Positions 9,026 to 18,993 of a stretch of DNA of 64,000 nt are shown piece after piece (position 1 is the stretch's first letter; each line of letters begins with the position of its first letter). The DNA is taken from the IMG/VR virus record IMGVR_UViG_3300027759_006101, positions 1 to 64,000 of that record; one strand, written 5' to 3'. Position numbers and translations under genes: made by a program. The notes below the pieces were generated by a model. The model saw only the letters and a list, made by a program, of their open reading frames with translations, was not told the origin of the DNA and searched no databases.

Positions 9026-9703
9026 ATGTCTCCTTGGTACAAAACAGCTAAAGAATGTCTTGCTATTCGTAAAAATGTATTACGAGTTGATCTTTGTGTA
9101 TTTATTGACAAAGAAGAACAATTTACGAATAAAGATTATTTAAACTCAACAATTAAGTCTATTCTTACATCAGCAATAATTAATGGGTTGGACATTATTG
9201 GAGTGATATCTGCTGACAACCCAACTGTTGGATTGCTAGCTCAACAGATGTGTATAGAGCAAAAAATGGACTTAGTAGTAGTGCCTGGGCAAACGTATAT
9301 CACTAGAGATAATGAGTCTTTGTATGTTTACAATTTGTCAACTCCTATGCCTAAAAATCTTACCTTAGATAAAGCTTGTGAATTTGCTCACAAGAAAGGT
9401 GGATTTGTAATGGTTGCAAATGTTTCTAAACAAATTGCACAAAAAATTAATCGTTTGCAAGGAAGTCTTTATGCGCCAGATGCAGTTGAAGTATTCAATG
9501 CACAAACTGGTGGATATAGGGACATAGATATTGATTTCCCAAGATTTGTTTCTTCTGGAGCAACTTCAGCAAGTGACTTAGAAGAAACAAATGTTTTTAC
9601 TTTGTTAGAAAGAAAAAAAGCAGTAGAAATGGGATTTATTCACAATGAGCAAGGTGTAGATTATACGCCTAAATATTTACTGCCAAAAACTGGAGAAATC
9701 TAA
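9026..9703 (+). CDS. Degenerate PHP-fold protein lacking the metal ligands
   Basis: PHP motif order retained (DLCVF, GLDIIGV, VVPGQT, HKKGGFVMVAN, DAVEVFNA) but the His/Glu ligands are replaced. Confidence 0.65.
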   Translation: MSPWYKTAKECLAIRKNVLRVDLCVFIDKEEQFTNKDYLNSTIKSILTSAIINGLDIIGVISADNPTVGLLAQQMCIEQKMDLVVVPGQTYITRDNESLYVYNLSTPMPKNLTLDKACEFAHKKGGFVMVANVSKQIAQKINRLQGSLYAPDAVEVFNAQTGGYRDIDIDFPRFVSSGATSASDLEETNVFTLLERKKAVEMGFIHNEQGVDYTPKYLLPKTGEI

Positions 9704-10197
9704 TGCCAAGATCATATTGTTCAGTAAGTGATGTCAAACAGTATTTGCCGCCTAATGTTGTTACTGAAGGAGATAACCCAGTACCAAACTTTAGAAATCC
9801 TACGCCTGAATCTGCTTCGAATATCAATATTGATTTTTTTATTCAACAGGCTTCAGCAGACATTGACGCTAGTTTAGCAACAATTTATGATGTTCCTCTT
9901 AAACAAATAAATATGGGAGGAGATGTATCTTATCCTCACCCAATACCTGTTATTTGTGCAATATTATCTGCTCAAATGTATTATATGCAAGCATTACAAG
10001 GCTCAGATTCGCAATATTCGGAAGCTCAAAAAGTAAGATTTGATTTTGCACAAAATCAAATTGTAAGAATACAAAATGGAGAAATCAGGCTCTTTGGGCA
10101 GAGAAACCTTAGAGGTGATAGATTTGTCAGATCTACCTTAAGAGGAATATCAATAAATCCAACTGAAGGAAAAAGATCTAAGGGTCAAAATCAATAG
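9703..10197 (+). CDS. Head-tail adaptor, Mu gp36/DUF1320-like
   Basis: YCSVSDVKQYL...IQQASADIDASL..IYDVPL...ICAILS...AQNQIVRIQNGEIRL. Confidence 0.75.
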   Translation: MPRSYCSVSDVKQYLPPNVVTEGDNPVPNFRNPTPESASNINIDFFIQQASADIDASLATIYDVPLKQINMGGDVSYPHPIPVICAILSAQMYYMQALQGSDSQYSEAQKVRFDFAQNQIVRIQNGEIRLFGQRNLRGDRFVRSTLRGISINPTEGKRSKGQNQ

Positions 10198-10207
10198 GTG
10201 ATTATGA

Positions 10208-10984
10208 ATGCTTGAAAGAGTCTATGATACTTTGCGTGGCATTTTATATCACGAACTTCCTAAAAATGCCAAAGATCAGATTGTAATTTTTGACAGACCA
10301 GTTACAGGGTTTTACATTGGTGAGCAAGCGGTAAAACCAAACGGTATATCTTTTACATTTAAGGGTTCAAGTTCCCCGCTTAAAGATATAGCTTTTGGCC
10401 TTCAAGAATTTGAGCATTCAGTTACAATAGACATTACAGTTGGTGCAGATAATATAGAAACTACCGAAAGAGTAACCCAAGAAGCTGTAAGAATTGTTTT
10501 ATCAGTTTTACGTAAACACAGAAGAATGTGGGTTGTAGATGTTTGCCCTATATGCAAAAAATTTACATTGAACCCTCAGCATTTTACAGTTGATCATAAT
10601 GACATTTTGTCCACCTACGTAACTTCAGTAACAAGTGAATTTAATAATTTATGGACAGACACTCATGACCCAGATTTAGCTCCTCCTGCCTTACCTTCAT
10701 CAGGACTTGCAGCTGAAGCATTTATCAGAATGTATAACGATGTAGGAGCTGGCACAAGCGTATCAAACTTGACAACCACTTCAAGAAATAACATCTTAAG
10801 GATGCGAGCTGATAACGTTGAACCTGTTAGATTATTATATGATGTAATTTGCAATGACATCAAAGGTTCAGATGATGCTACAAATAGACAGCTTTTTAGA
10901 AATGGAACAATTACTATAAGAGCTAAAGAATTAGTCAGACAATTGTATTTCGGACCGGATAACGTTCCAACTACTGCATACTAG
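10208..10984 (+). CDS. Putative tail terminator/neck protein with an inserted CxxC
   Basis: Follows the adaptor; beta-rich N- and C-terminal segments (FEHSVTIDIT; FRNGTITIRA) flank an insertion starting CPIC. Confidence 0.45.
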   Translation: MLERVYDTLRGILYHELPKNAKDQIVIFDRPVTGFYIGEQAVKPNGISFTFKGSSSPLKDIAFGLQEFEHSVTIDITVGADNIETTERVTQEAVRIVLSVLRKHRRMWVVDVCPICKKFTLNPQHFTVDHNDILSTYVTSVTSEFNNLWTDTHDPDLAPPALPSSGLAAEAFIRMYNDVGAGTSVSNLTTTSRNNILRMRADNVEPVRLLYDVICNDIKGSDDATNRQLFRNGTITIRAKELVRQLYFGPDNVPTTAY

Positions 10985-10985
10985 A

Positions 10986-13900
10986 ATGAGTCAAGTAAAG
11001 AGAAAAGGACTTAAGTTCATAATCGACCAGATTGGTAAAGCCAAATATGCTTATAAGAATTTGGTTGGAGATTTGGCTGCCAATAGGGGATTGTTTTTAG
11101 ATTATGAAGCAATAGTCCCTAAAATAAAAGGCTCCACAATTTTTCACGATTACGATTTAGCTGGTAAAACTCTTTCAGGCACAATAACAACTCCTTATCA
11201 AATTTATAATTCAAATGAAAATATTTCTTTTGGATTTCAAGGTGGTCAATATGCAGTTGATCCCAAGATAGCAAGTTTTGGAAACTCAGGAGGATGGACT
11301 CCTCAGTATTATAATCCTCCAACAACTGAAGGATGGGAAGTTCTAGATTATAATGCTTGGTCTACTTTTATCCCACCATATAATGCAGCTGGAAATGCAA
11401 ATACAAGCTTAATTATTTACAACATAAATTCAGAACCTAGTACAGGCTCAAATAGAGTAAATTATAATTTTCCAGTAAGATACACAGGGACAGGATACAC
11501 TAGAGTTAATTTATTTAATTCTGCACGTTGGATTTCTCTTAAGAATACGACAGGCTCTTCAAGTGTCAATCAAGCAAGGATTATTATTCCTAAAAAATAT
11601 TTTGAAAATTGCTTACATTTTGACCCAAGAACAAATACTCCTAAAGATTTTGCAGTTTATTCTCATCAATATTTAATTACTGCTGGATTGGGTGCTACAT
11701 TTAGTTTAGCTGGTTCTATGGCTGGAATAGCATTGACTTTACTCCCGTTTACAATTCAAGAAGCAAGTAGTACAGGAAATACAACAGCAAGAATAAGAGA
11801 TAATTATTTAATTAATGTCAAGACACCAACAACTTGGACAAATAATTACTGGTTGCACTTTGGGTTTTACTGGGAAACATATGATTTATTTTTCCGAGAT
11901 TATATACCAGCATTTTCGACTGGCACAGCAACAACTTTTAATAGCAACAATTTAGATACTGTTTGGTCTATATATCCGAGAAAAACATTCTTCCAAAAAG
12001 ATATAACCAATTACTTGACTTTTGAAAAAACTGGAGTCAATGATAGTAGTATTTATTTATTCTCTTCAAACAAGGGTAATAATAATTTTTATGACGGAGA
12101 TAATCCTTATTCATTAAGTCCTTTTAGATATAAGTATCCTGAGACAATTGGTAAGACTTCATTAGGCGACACAAGTTCATTAAGCAATTTTCATACTATA
12201 AATAAAGATGAATTTCTTCCTTTGGTAATTACGTCTTCTAATGTAATTTCTGGAAATGAATTTGAAAATGGCGATAACGAAATATTTTTGTTTTTCGGAA
12301 AACCAATGCCAATTACTATGGCTCCATCAGACTGGGATAAATTTAACAATTATCCTGAAATAGATGAACAATACAATATTATAGCGAAAGTAATTCTTTC
12401 TTATCCATCATTATCAACTTCTAATACAATCAAGAAAATAACTGATACAACTTACAACTTGAACAATGCTTCAATCATCCATATAGATAGAAGAGCTAAT
12501 AACTTTGCAGTACCATCTTTAGGAGATACAGATTTTATTACCTATTGTCTTCAAGAAGTTTTAGCATTCACCCAGTTCACAAGATCTACAGAATTTGAAG
12601 ATAATTTTAATTCTCTTGCAATTAGACTACTTGTGCCATTTTCAAATTTTAAGTCAAAAGGTTTACAAAACATTTCTAACTTAAATGCAAGTAGCTTACA
12701 GTTATTGCATAATTTATTAAAATATCCCAATACTGATTTACTTCGCTCTAATAATGATTTTATATCTTGCCTTGGTTCAATAACAATTTCAGGCGGAACA
12801 AATGTAATTACTGGCACTAAAACTAGATTCCTAAGTGAAATTTCATCTGGAGATTATATTTATAGTTCAGATGGAACGATTTTATATGGGGTAGTTTCAA
12901 CTGTAATAAGCGATACTTATTTGCTTTTAGATACACAATATAAAAAGAATGTGTCAGACCAAAAATACAAAATAAAAACAAGTATATCTTTATTAGAGCC
13001 AGGTTTTATAGATTTTTCTGTAGATGGCAATAAAACCATATCTGATATAGGTGTAAATCCGCCAACTAAAACATTTTTTGAATATTCAAATGATGGTATT
13101 TTCCTGAATAAAGAACGTCTTAATACTGATACGCAATTTGAAGTTTATCAAAAAAACATTCCGCTCAAAGATTTAAGTAATCACCAAAATTCTGGAAATA
13201 AGCTGGTAAAAGACTACTCTATTTCTGTAAAGTTTAGAAATACTGAGCAAAATTTTACTACAAAAAATCTTTATATAAACTCAAGTAAATTTTTGATATC
13301 AGACCAAGAATATCAACAAAGAATTAATAAAAAATTATCATTGAGTGGATATTACAAAAAAGGTACTAGTCAAGAACAAAAAAATGCTTCGTTAGGAACG
13401 TTAAATAGCATAGAGCTTTATAGACTTTATGGTAATTCTTCAATAATTCCTGACTTACAAATGGGCGAAAATAGAACCATTCTAACAAAACAAGTCGCCC
13501 CAACTGATAATACAAAAATATCTAAAACTGATTATGTCAATAACTTAAAATCGACTAACCCAAATATAACACAGTCAGAAATTGATTCAAATGTAGCAAA
13601 TTATGAATTGACTCAATCCTTTTATTCCACTGACACATCTTCTCTGCCAAGTACATTTAATTCAATTGAAGAGTTAGGTATTACAGTTTCCGATTATTCG
13701 AATGTAGAAAACTACTGGATTTCAAATGTAGAACAAATCATCGGAGATTCAAATACCACAAAATTCTATACTCCCAATAATTTAGAAGATATTAGATCCG
13801 ACTCATTTTTGGTATGTATATCTGGTTTTGGTACAGCTGATTATTCAATTAATTCTATAGAAAATATATTTAAACAACAGATAGAAGTTGATAGCAGTGT

Positions 13901-15683
13901 CGGCATCAATGTATCAACAACAGCAGGTACAAAAAATCTGTCTTATCAAAAAATTGCATTTAAGTTTACTTCTGCAGAAAAACAAGACATTAAGTCTTTC
14001 AAACTTAAACTTGCAAAAACAGCATTATGGCTTAATGAACAAGCTTACATTCAATGTTCAATTTATGATAATTACAATAATTTACCATCAAATAAATTAG
14101 TAACAGGAAGTAAAGTTTTTTACAAAGATATTGAAAATGTTTTAAAAGATATTTACTTTTATATCAATTTTTCGCTTACAGAAAACAGAACATACTGGAT
14201 GGTTTTAGAATCCAATACACTGCAACCTCTTTACGATCAAAATACTTTAGGATTGATAAACGTAAATGACACATCAGTCACAGGTATTTATAATTCTGAA
14301 AATAATACATTTACTGATTTTACTAAATATTTAAAAAATGCAGAGATTGGAATTGGTGGCACATTAGCATCACAAATATCAACTTGGTACTCAATATCCA
14401 GCATTGGGTCAAGTACAAGTATGACTATTGCAAGTACTGGCACAACATTTTCAAATCAAAACTATGTTGTAAAGTATCAGTTTAATATTGCTATCCAAGA
14501 ATCATCTCCTAGCGCTGAAAATATTGCAGTTAATGATGGTTATAATTGGTCATATCAAACAGGAACACCTTACAGAATTTTTTACTCAAACGAAGAAGAA
14601 ATTTATGCTTCGTTCAACAGAGATTATAAAAATACTAACCTGACTATGGCTCAAGCTAATAAGACAAGAGAGACCAATGACTATTTTGTAGATGGATTTT
14701 GGTCCCTAAACAATAAAGATATTTTTACTCCAAGTCTTATAAAAATTTACCCAAGAAGTATTGTTCAAAGACTCACAGGCATTGCAGCAACTGGAACTGT
14801 TGGGACTAATTTGATAAATATAAACAAACAATATTTTGATGATATTGTAATGATAGGACTTGGTATAACTAGCACATCATTATCTGCGGGAACAGCCATA
14901 ACAAATATTATTTATGATGAGTCTCTAGAAAATTACAGAGTTTATCTCTCTAACAACACTACTGGTTCTGCAAATACAACATACTATTTTGGCGATAACA
15001 AAATAAGATTAGTCAAAAGAGCTAACGACATTCATTTGTATTTAAAATACTTTGTGAATGACACCTTGAATACATCTTACATAAAATTAGATAAATCACC
15101 AACTTGGATTTCATATTGGTACAAAAAAGAAGACTGGAATTATAACGACTTAAACTTAAATGAAAACTCTGATTTAATATCTACACACAATAAGTTAGAT
15201 ATTTCCAATTTTTCTGGGTTGGGACAAACAAACTATTTTAATGGAAAAATTATAGGTGACTTTATTTCAAAAGCCTCAATAGGTTCAACTTTTGATTTTA
15301 GAATTACTACTAATGGCGGAGTCAAACTTCTTATAAATGACGAAAGCGCTCCCTATATAAATCAATGGAAAAATAATAGCAATAATTCATTTACAACAGC
15401 ATATTCCGCAACTGGTTCTTCGTTGCCAATTAAACTATCAATTGAGTTTTGCAATCTTGAAAATGAACATTCAATTAAAGCAGAATGGAGACAAACAGGT
15501 ACATCAACCTGGTATGACATAGATTCATCGTTTTACTTTGAGTCAGACAATGCTCCAGTGCTCATAAATGCTAATAAAATAAAGAATCTATCTTATCTAG
15601 TAGTTGGAAAAACTTTTGACGAAATCAATACTCCAACTTTGGGATTTGCTGAAACAGATAGGATCGTTATAAGGAATAAGTAA
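10986..15683 (+). CDS. Large tail/baseplate structural protein with a C-terminal PA14-like domain
   Basis: 1565 aa, S/T/N-rich; fibre-type GSITISGGTNVITGTKTRF repeat; C-terminal FDFRITTNGGVKLLIN...INQW...IKLSIEF...IKAEW fits PA14. Confidence 0.6.
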   Translation: MSQVKRKGLKFIIDQIGKAKYAYKNLVGDLAANRGLFLDYEAIVPKIKGSTIFHDYDLAGKTLSGTITTPYQIYNSNENISFGFQGGQYAVDPKIASFGNSGGWTPQYYNPPTTEGWEVLDYNAWSTFIPPYNAAGNANTSLIIYNINSEPSTGSNRVNYNFPVRYTGTGYTRVNLFNSARWISLKNTTGSSSVNQARIIIPKKYFENCLHFDPRTNTPKDFAVYSHQYLITAGLGATFSLAGSMAGIALTLLPFTIQEASSTGNTTARIRDNYLINVKTPTTWTNNYWLHFGFYWETYDLFFRDYIPAFSTGTATTFNSNNLDTVWSIYPRKTFFQKDITNYLTFEKTGVNDSSIYLFSSNKGNNNFYDGDNPYSLSPFRYKYPETIGKTSLGDTSSLSNFHTINKDEFLPLVITSSNVISGNEFENGDNEIFLFFGKPMPITMAPSDWDKFNNYPEIDEQYNIIAKVILSYPSLSTSNTIKKITDTTYNLNNASIIHIDRRANNFAVPSLGDTDFITYCLQEVLAFTQFTRSTEFEDNFNSLAIRLLVPFSNFKSKGLQNISNLNASSLQLLHNLLKYPNTDLLRSNNDFISCLGSITISGGTNVITGTKTRFLSEISSGDYIYSSDGTILYGVVSTVISDTYLLLDTQYKKNVSDQKYKIKTSISLLEPGFIDFSVDGNKTISDIGVNPPTKTFFEYSNDGIFLNKERLNTDTQFEVYQKNIPLKDLSNHQNSGNKLVKDYSISVKFRNTEQNFTTKNLYINSSKFLISDQEYQQRINKKLSLSGYYKKGTSQEQKNASLGTLNSIELYRLYGNSSIIPDLQMGENRTILTKQVAPTDNTKISKTDYVNNLKSTNPNITQSEIDSNVANYELTQSFYSTDTSSLPSTFNSIEELGITVSDYSNVENYWISNVEQIIGDSNTTKFYTPNNLEDIRSDSFLVCISGFGTADYSINSIENIFKQQIEVDSSVGINVSTTAGTKNLSYQKIAFKFTSAEKQDIKSFKLKLAKTALWLNEQAYIQCSIYDNYNNLPSNKLVTGSKVFYKDIENVLKDIYFYINFSLTENRTYWMVLESNTLQPLYDQNTLGLINVNDTSVTGIYNSENNTFTDFTKYLKNAEIGIGGTLASQISTWYSISSIGSSTSMTIASTGTTFSNQNYVVKYQFNIAIQESSPSAENIAVNDGYNWSYQTGTPYRIFYSNEEEIYASFNRDYKNTNLTMAQANKTRETNDYFVDGFWSLNNKDIFTPSLIKIYPRSIVQRLTGIAATGTVGTNLININKQYFDDIVMIGLGITSTSLSAGTAITNIIYDESLENYRVYLSNNTTGSANTTYYFGDNKIRLVKRANDIHLYLKYFVNDTLNTSYIKLDKSPTWISYWYKKEDWNYNDLNLNENSDLISTHNKLDISNFSGLGQTNYFNGKIIGDFISKASIGSTFDFRITTNGGVKLLINDESAPYINQWKNNSNNSFTTAYSATGSSLPIKLSIEFCNLENEHSIKAEWRQTGTSTWYDIDSSFYFESDNAPVLINANKIKNLSYLVVGKTFDEINTPTLGFAETDRIVIRNK

Positions 15684-15684
15684 T

Positions 15685-16533
15685 ATGAATTACGCATCAG
15701 CCCTTATATTAAATAAAATGGTTTTAGCATTAGAGAAAACAAGATCTACTGTAGATTTAGCTTTGTCTTCGAGAGAATATGCTTTGGCAAATAATTCAGA
15801 AGAAAGAGATTTACAACTTTTATATGGATTGTCTGCTCTTAAATCGATAGCTTACAATTCTTATGATGACACTTTGTCTTTTGGAAAATCACTTTTAAAA
15901 TCAATAACATCAACTACTAATTTATCTTTTCCGACTGGCGATCAAATTGGTTTATCAGTTTATGATATGTTAGGGCCAATCGATGAAATGTCTGATGGTT
16001 ACGTATTCGGCGCAATTTACTTAGCTAATGACGAATTCGGAAGCTCACTTTATATTTCTTTAGCCAGACCAGCAAATGACTATAATGGCGACCCTCTTAT
16101 TATTTCAAAAGATATCGACCAAAAAACAGCTGAAGATATTTTATTGAATTCTAATGAAATTGTTTTTCCAGAATACAACCCTGACTATCATATTGTTGTT
16201 TACAAGTTCTTGGCAGACGTTCAATATTACGATCAAACGATAAATAATTCAAGAGTTTTCTTCAAATTATTCGACTTGAGACAGCCTAGAGGATATTTTG
16301 GATTTAATGACCAAACGTTAAATCAGTTTATTACACCAGTAGTAATAAGAAATTACGAACAAATTACAGAAATATATAATAGTCAACATAGTTTAGTCAA
16401 AACTATAATAGCAAATTGGGTTGGCAATTCTGGATGGGACCCAAACTTTACCACTTATTGGTCAGTTTCTGAAGACGGTTTACCAGCTGAACTTGCAGAC
16501 TTTATAGAAAAAGAGTTAGGTATAAATATTTAA
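15685..16533 (+). CDS. Hypothetical tail-module protein
   Basis: 282 aa ORF, 1 nt from both neighbours. Confidence 0.65.
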   Translation: MNYASALILNKMVLALEKTRSTVDLALSSREYALANNSEERDLQLLYGLSALKSIAYNSYDDTLSFGKSLLKSITSTTNLSFPTGDQIGLSVYDMLGPIDEMSDGYVFGAIYLANDEFGSSLYISLARPANDYNGDPLIISKDIDQKTAEDILLNSNEIVFPEYNPDYHIVVYKFLADVQYYDQTINNSRVFFKLFDLRQPRGYFGFNDQTLNQFITPVVIRNYEQITEIYNSQHSLVKTIIANWVGNSGWDPNFTTYWSVSEDGLPAELADFIEKELGINI

Positions 16534-16534
16534 A

Positions 16535-18988
16535 ATGGCCATATCATCAAAAATAGAAGAAATAATTTTAGAATTATCTAAAACAGCTGGTAACATTTAT
16601 GATGCTTTGACCTTAGGATTAGGTGACTTAAGCCAACCTAATTCTTCAATATTTGAAATCAATAACTTGTTAAGCTTAGCTAACACTGGGTACCCATATT
16701 TTGGTGTGGTAGAAACATCTCCTTTGGGATTTGGTCTAACTTATGACATAACAAATGACCCTTACTACCTTACAATAAATGGCGGTCAAGTAGCATATGA
16801 TGGAACAATTTTGCAAACTACAACTCAGAAAATTCCATTGCGAAAAGAATGGTCAAAAGACTATTCTAACACCTTTGTTGGTTCAGATGGATATAAATAT
16901 GGAATAACTATCGGTTTACCATTTGATGAAGTTCAAAAGGCTAAGCAATTTTATTTCACAACTGTTTCTCAAAACACAAATGCTAATTCAACTATTCTAT
17001 ATGTAAACGATACCCTTGTTGCTCAAAATCTTGGCTTTCCAATTCAAGGAGTTGTTGGCAATACAGTAATTACTTTTTCCGGTGTGAATGAAGATGGAAC
17101 TGCTCTTATCATAGATCCTTCTTATTATAATGGAAGTGCATTTGGCAAATTAGCTACTGCAGTTTTTGTAAATACGACGATTACTTTTATCTTTCAGCCA
17201 AAACTTAAATATATAACTGGGTTTCCTGTCGAAGAGCCATTAGAATACATTACTGGCTTTAAATATTTTCCACCACTGCCTCAAAGTTGGTTACCTGTTG
17301 CAAAAGTGTTGTGTAAAAACCCTGAAAATCCATTGGTAATATCTTCAGGAACAGGTTTCACAAGAACAGCTGTAGATATGCCTACATCAACATCTTCTGA
17401 CCCTATTTTAGGCACTGCAGATGACAATAACCTTATTATTCAAAGCTGCAATGATACTTTGAGCATCTTACAAAATTATAAATCAAATGATTATTTAAAT
17501 ATTTTAGTCAATGGGATTTTCAATTATATAAATTTCACCGCAAATAGTAGTGGATTGACTTTAAGGCAATTACTAGCTACACAACCATTTAGACCAAATG
17601 AATATTATTCAAAAGGACTATCAAGCAGTGGATTAGAAAGATTCGAGTTTCCATACAATTTTGCAAAAGCTTATTATCAATCTAGTGGGCAAGATCTCCA
17701 GCACACATTTGCTATTTTCAGAGGAGAATTGAATACTTATAGTTCAGCAATTGGGAGCACAATAAACTTTAGCGCAGTTGGACTTACAAATACAACCTAT
17801 AATTGCTCAAACTACATTTCATCTTTACATAGTGGAACTCAAATTTATGGCATTTCTGCTGTCTATAATATAACGGGCAATGAATATGTAGAGAGTAGCA
17901 ATACATATACCAATTTAATTTCTTCTAATACTACAACTACTAATTATTTGGTTGAGTTAAACTGGACAGGGACAGCTATTTCTAACGTCTTATTTTATAA
18001 CGTTTACAAAAAGCCAAGACTTACAGATGAGCTTTACGAAAGAAAAATTACTAATGTAGATGAAATTCAATATCCGCCATACAATACAATTCCTACATAT
18101 GCAGACGACACTAGTTTGTCTTTAGTAAATGGTCTGAACGCATTTTTATTCCAAGCTCCAGAAGATGCATACGTTGGTGGTGTGACTGTCAAACTATTAT
18201 ATGAAGCTGGTAGTCAAACTAATGGAATAGGAACTACAGGATTGTCAGTTTCAATTTATTCCGCTACTGGTTCAACACCAACATATAACGGAATGCTTTC
18301 AAGCCAAGCGACCTTAAGATATTCAGATATAGTACAAGGCACAAATACTTACACATTGAAATTTGATTCTGGAGTAAACATTACAGAAGATTCATTCTAT
18401 TATGTTATGATAAACAAACCAGAATCTTTCTCTACTGCATTAGGTTCTACTTCTTTATATATTAGAGCTAAAAGTGGTGTAAGTGGAGTCGCTAGAACAT
18501 CTATAGACAACGCCGGGTCTTGGACAGGCACAGGTGGTTCACTTTGGTTTGAAGCAAGAGGTTATTTAGATAATGGCAATATTGCTGGAGAAATAGTAAG
18601 AAAAGGCGTGACTCTTACAAATAGAGTATCTTTTGAACCAAGAAGACTTTCAGTATTTGTTCCTCCAGTAGATGATTTGTCAACCTCAGCAATTAGATTG
18701 AATGGTTCAGCTACAGGAATTGCAACAACTACAGATACCTCAATCAAGAATGATTTAATTGTTTATGTTACTGCTAGAAATGGTGACTTTGGCGAAATAA
18801 AAACTTTATCAGCGACTGTGCCACAAGGTACTTCAAGAAATACAAGATTCAATTTAGGATTGGAAACAGACATATTTGATCATGTTTTAGATGTTTATGT
18901 AGTGCCTGGGACAAATCTCAACAGAGAGAATAACGGCCCAATAATTTGGGATATTTATGACCTTATAACAGTAGAAACTGTTCCATAA
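16535..18988 (+). CDS. Large beta-rich tail/baseplate structural protein
   Basis: 817 aa, S/T/G-rich; shares a beta-sandwich pattern with 10986-15683. Confidence 0.55.
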   Translation: MAISSKIEEIILELSKTAGNIYDALTLGLGDLSQPNSSIFEINNLLSLANTGYPYFGVVETSPLGFGLTYDITNDPYYLTINGGQVAYDGTILQTTTQKIPLRKEWSKDYSNTFVGSDGYKYGITIGLPFDEVQKAKQFYFTTVSQNTNANSTILYVNDTLVAQNLGFPIQGVVGNTVITFSGVNEDGTALIIDPSYYNGSAFGKLATAVFVNTTITFIFQPKLKYITGFPVEEPLEYITGFKYFPPLPQSWLPVAKVLCKNPENPLVISSGTGFTRTAVDMPTSTSSDPILGTADDNNLIIQSCNDTLSILQNYKSNDYLNILVNGIFNYINFTANSSGLTLRQLLATQPFRPNEYYSKGLSSSGLERFEFPYNFAKAYYQSSGQDLQHTFAIFRGELNTYSSAIGSTINFSAVGLTNTTYNCSNYISSLHSGTQIYGISAVYNITGNEYVESSNTYTNLISSNTTTTNYLVELNWTGTAISNVLFYNVYKKPRLTDELYERKITNVDEIQYPPYNTIPTYADDTSLSLVNGLNAFLFQAPEDAYVGGVTVKLLYEAGSQTNGIGTTGLSVSIYSATGSTPTYNGMLSSQATLRYSDIVQGTNTYTLKFDSGVNITEDSFYYVMINKPESFSTALGSTSLYIRAKSGVSGVARTSIDNAGSWTGTGGSLWFEARGYLDNGNIAGEIVRKGVTLTNRVSFEPRRLSVFVPPVDDLSTSAIRLNGSATGIATTTDTSIKNDLIVYVTARNGDFGEIKTLSATVPQGTSRNTRFNLGLETDIFDHVLDVYVVPGTNLNRENNGPIIWDIYDLITVETVP

Positions 18989-18993
18989 TATTT

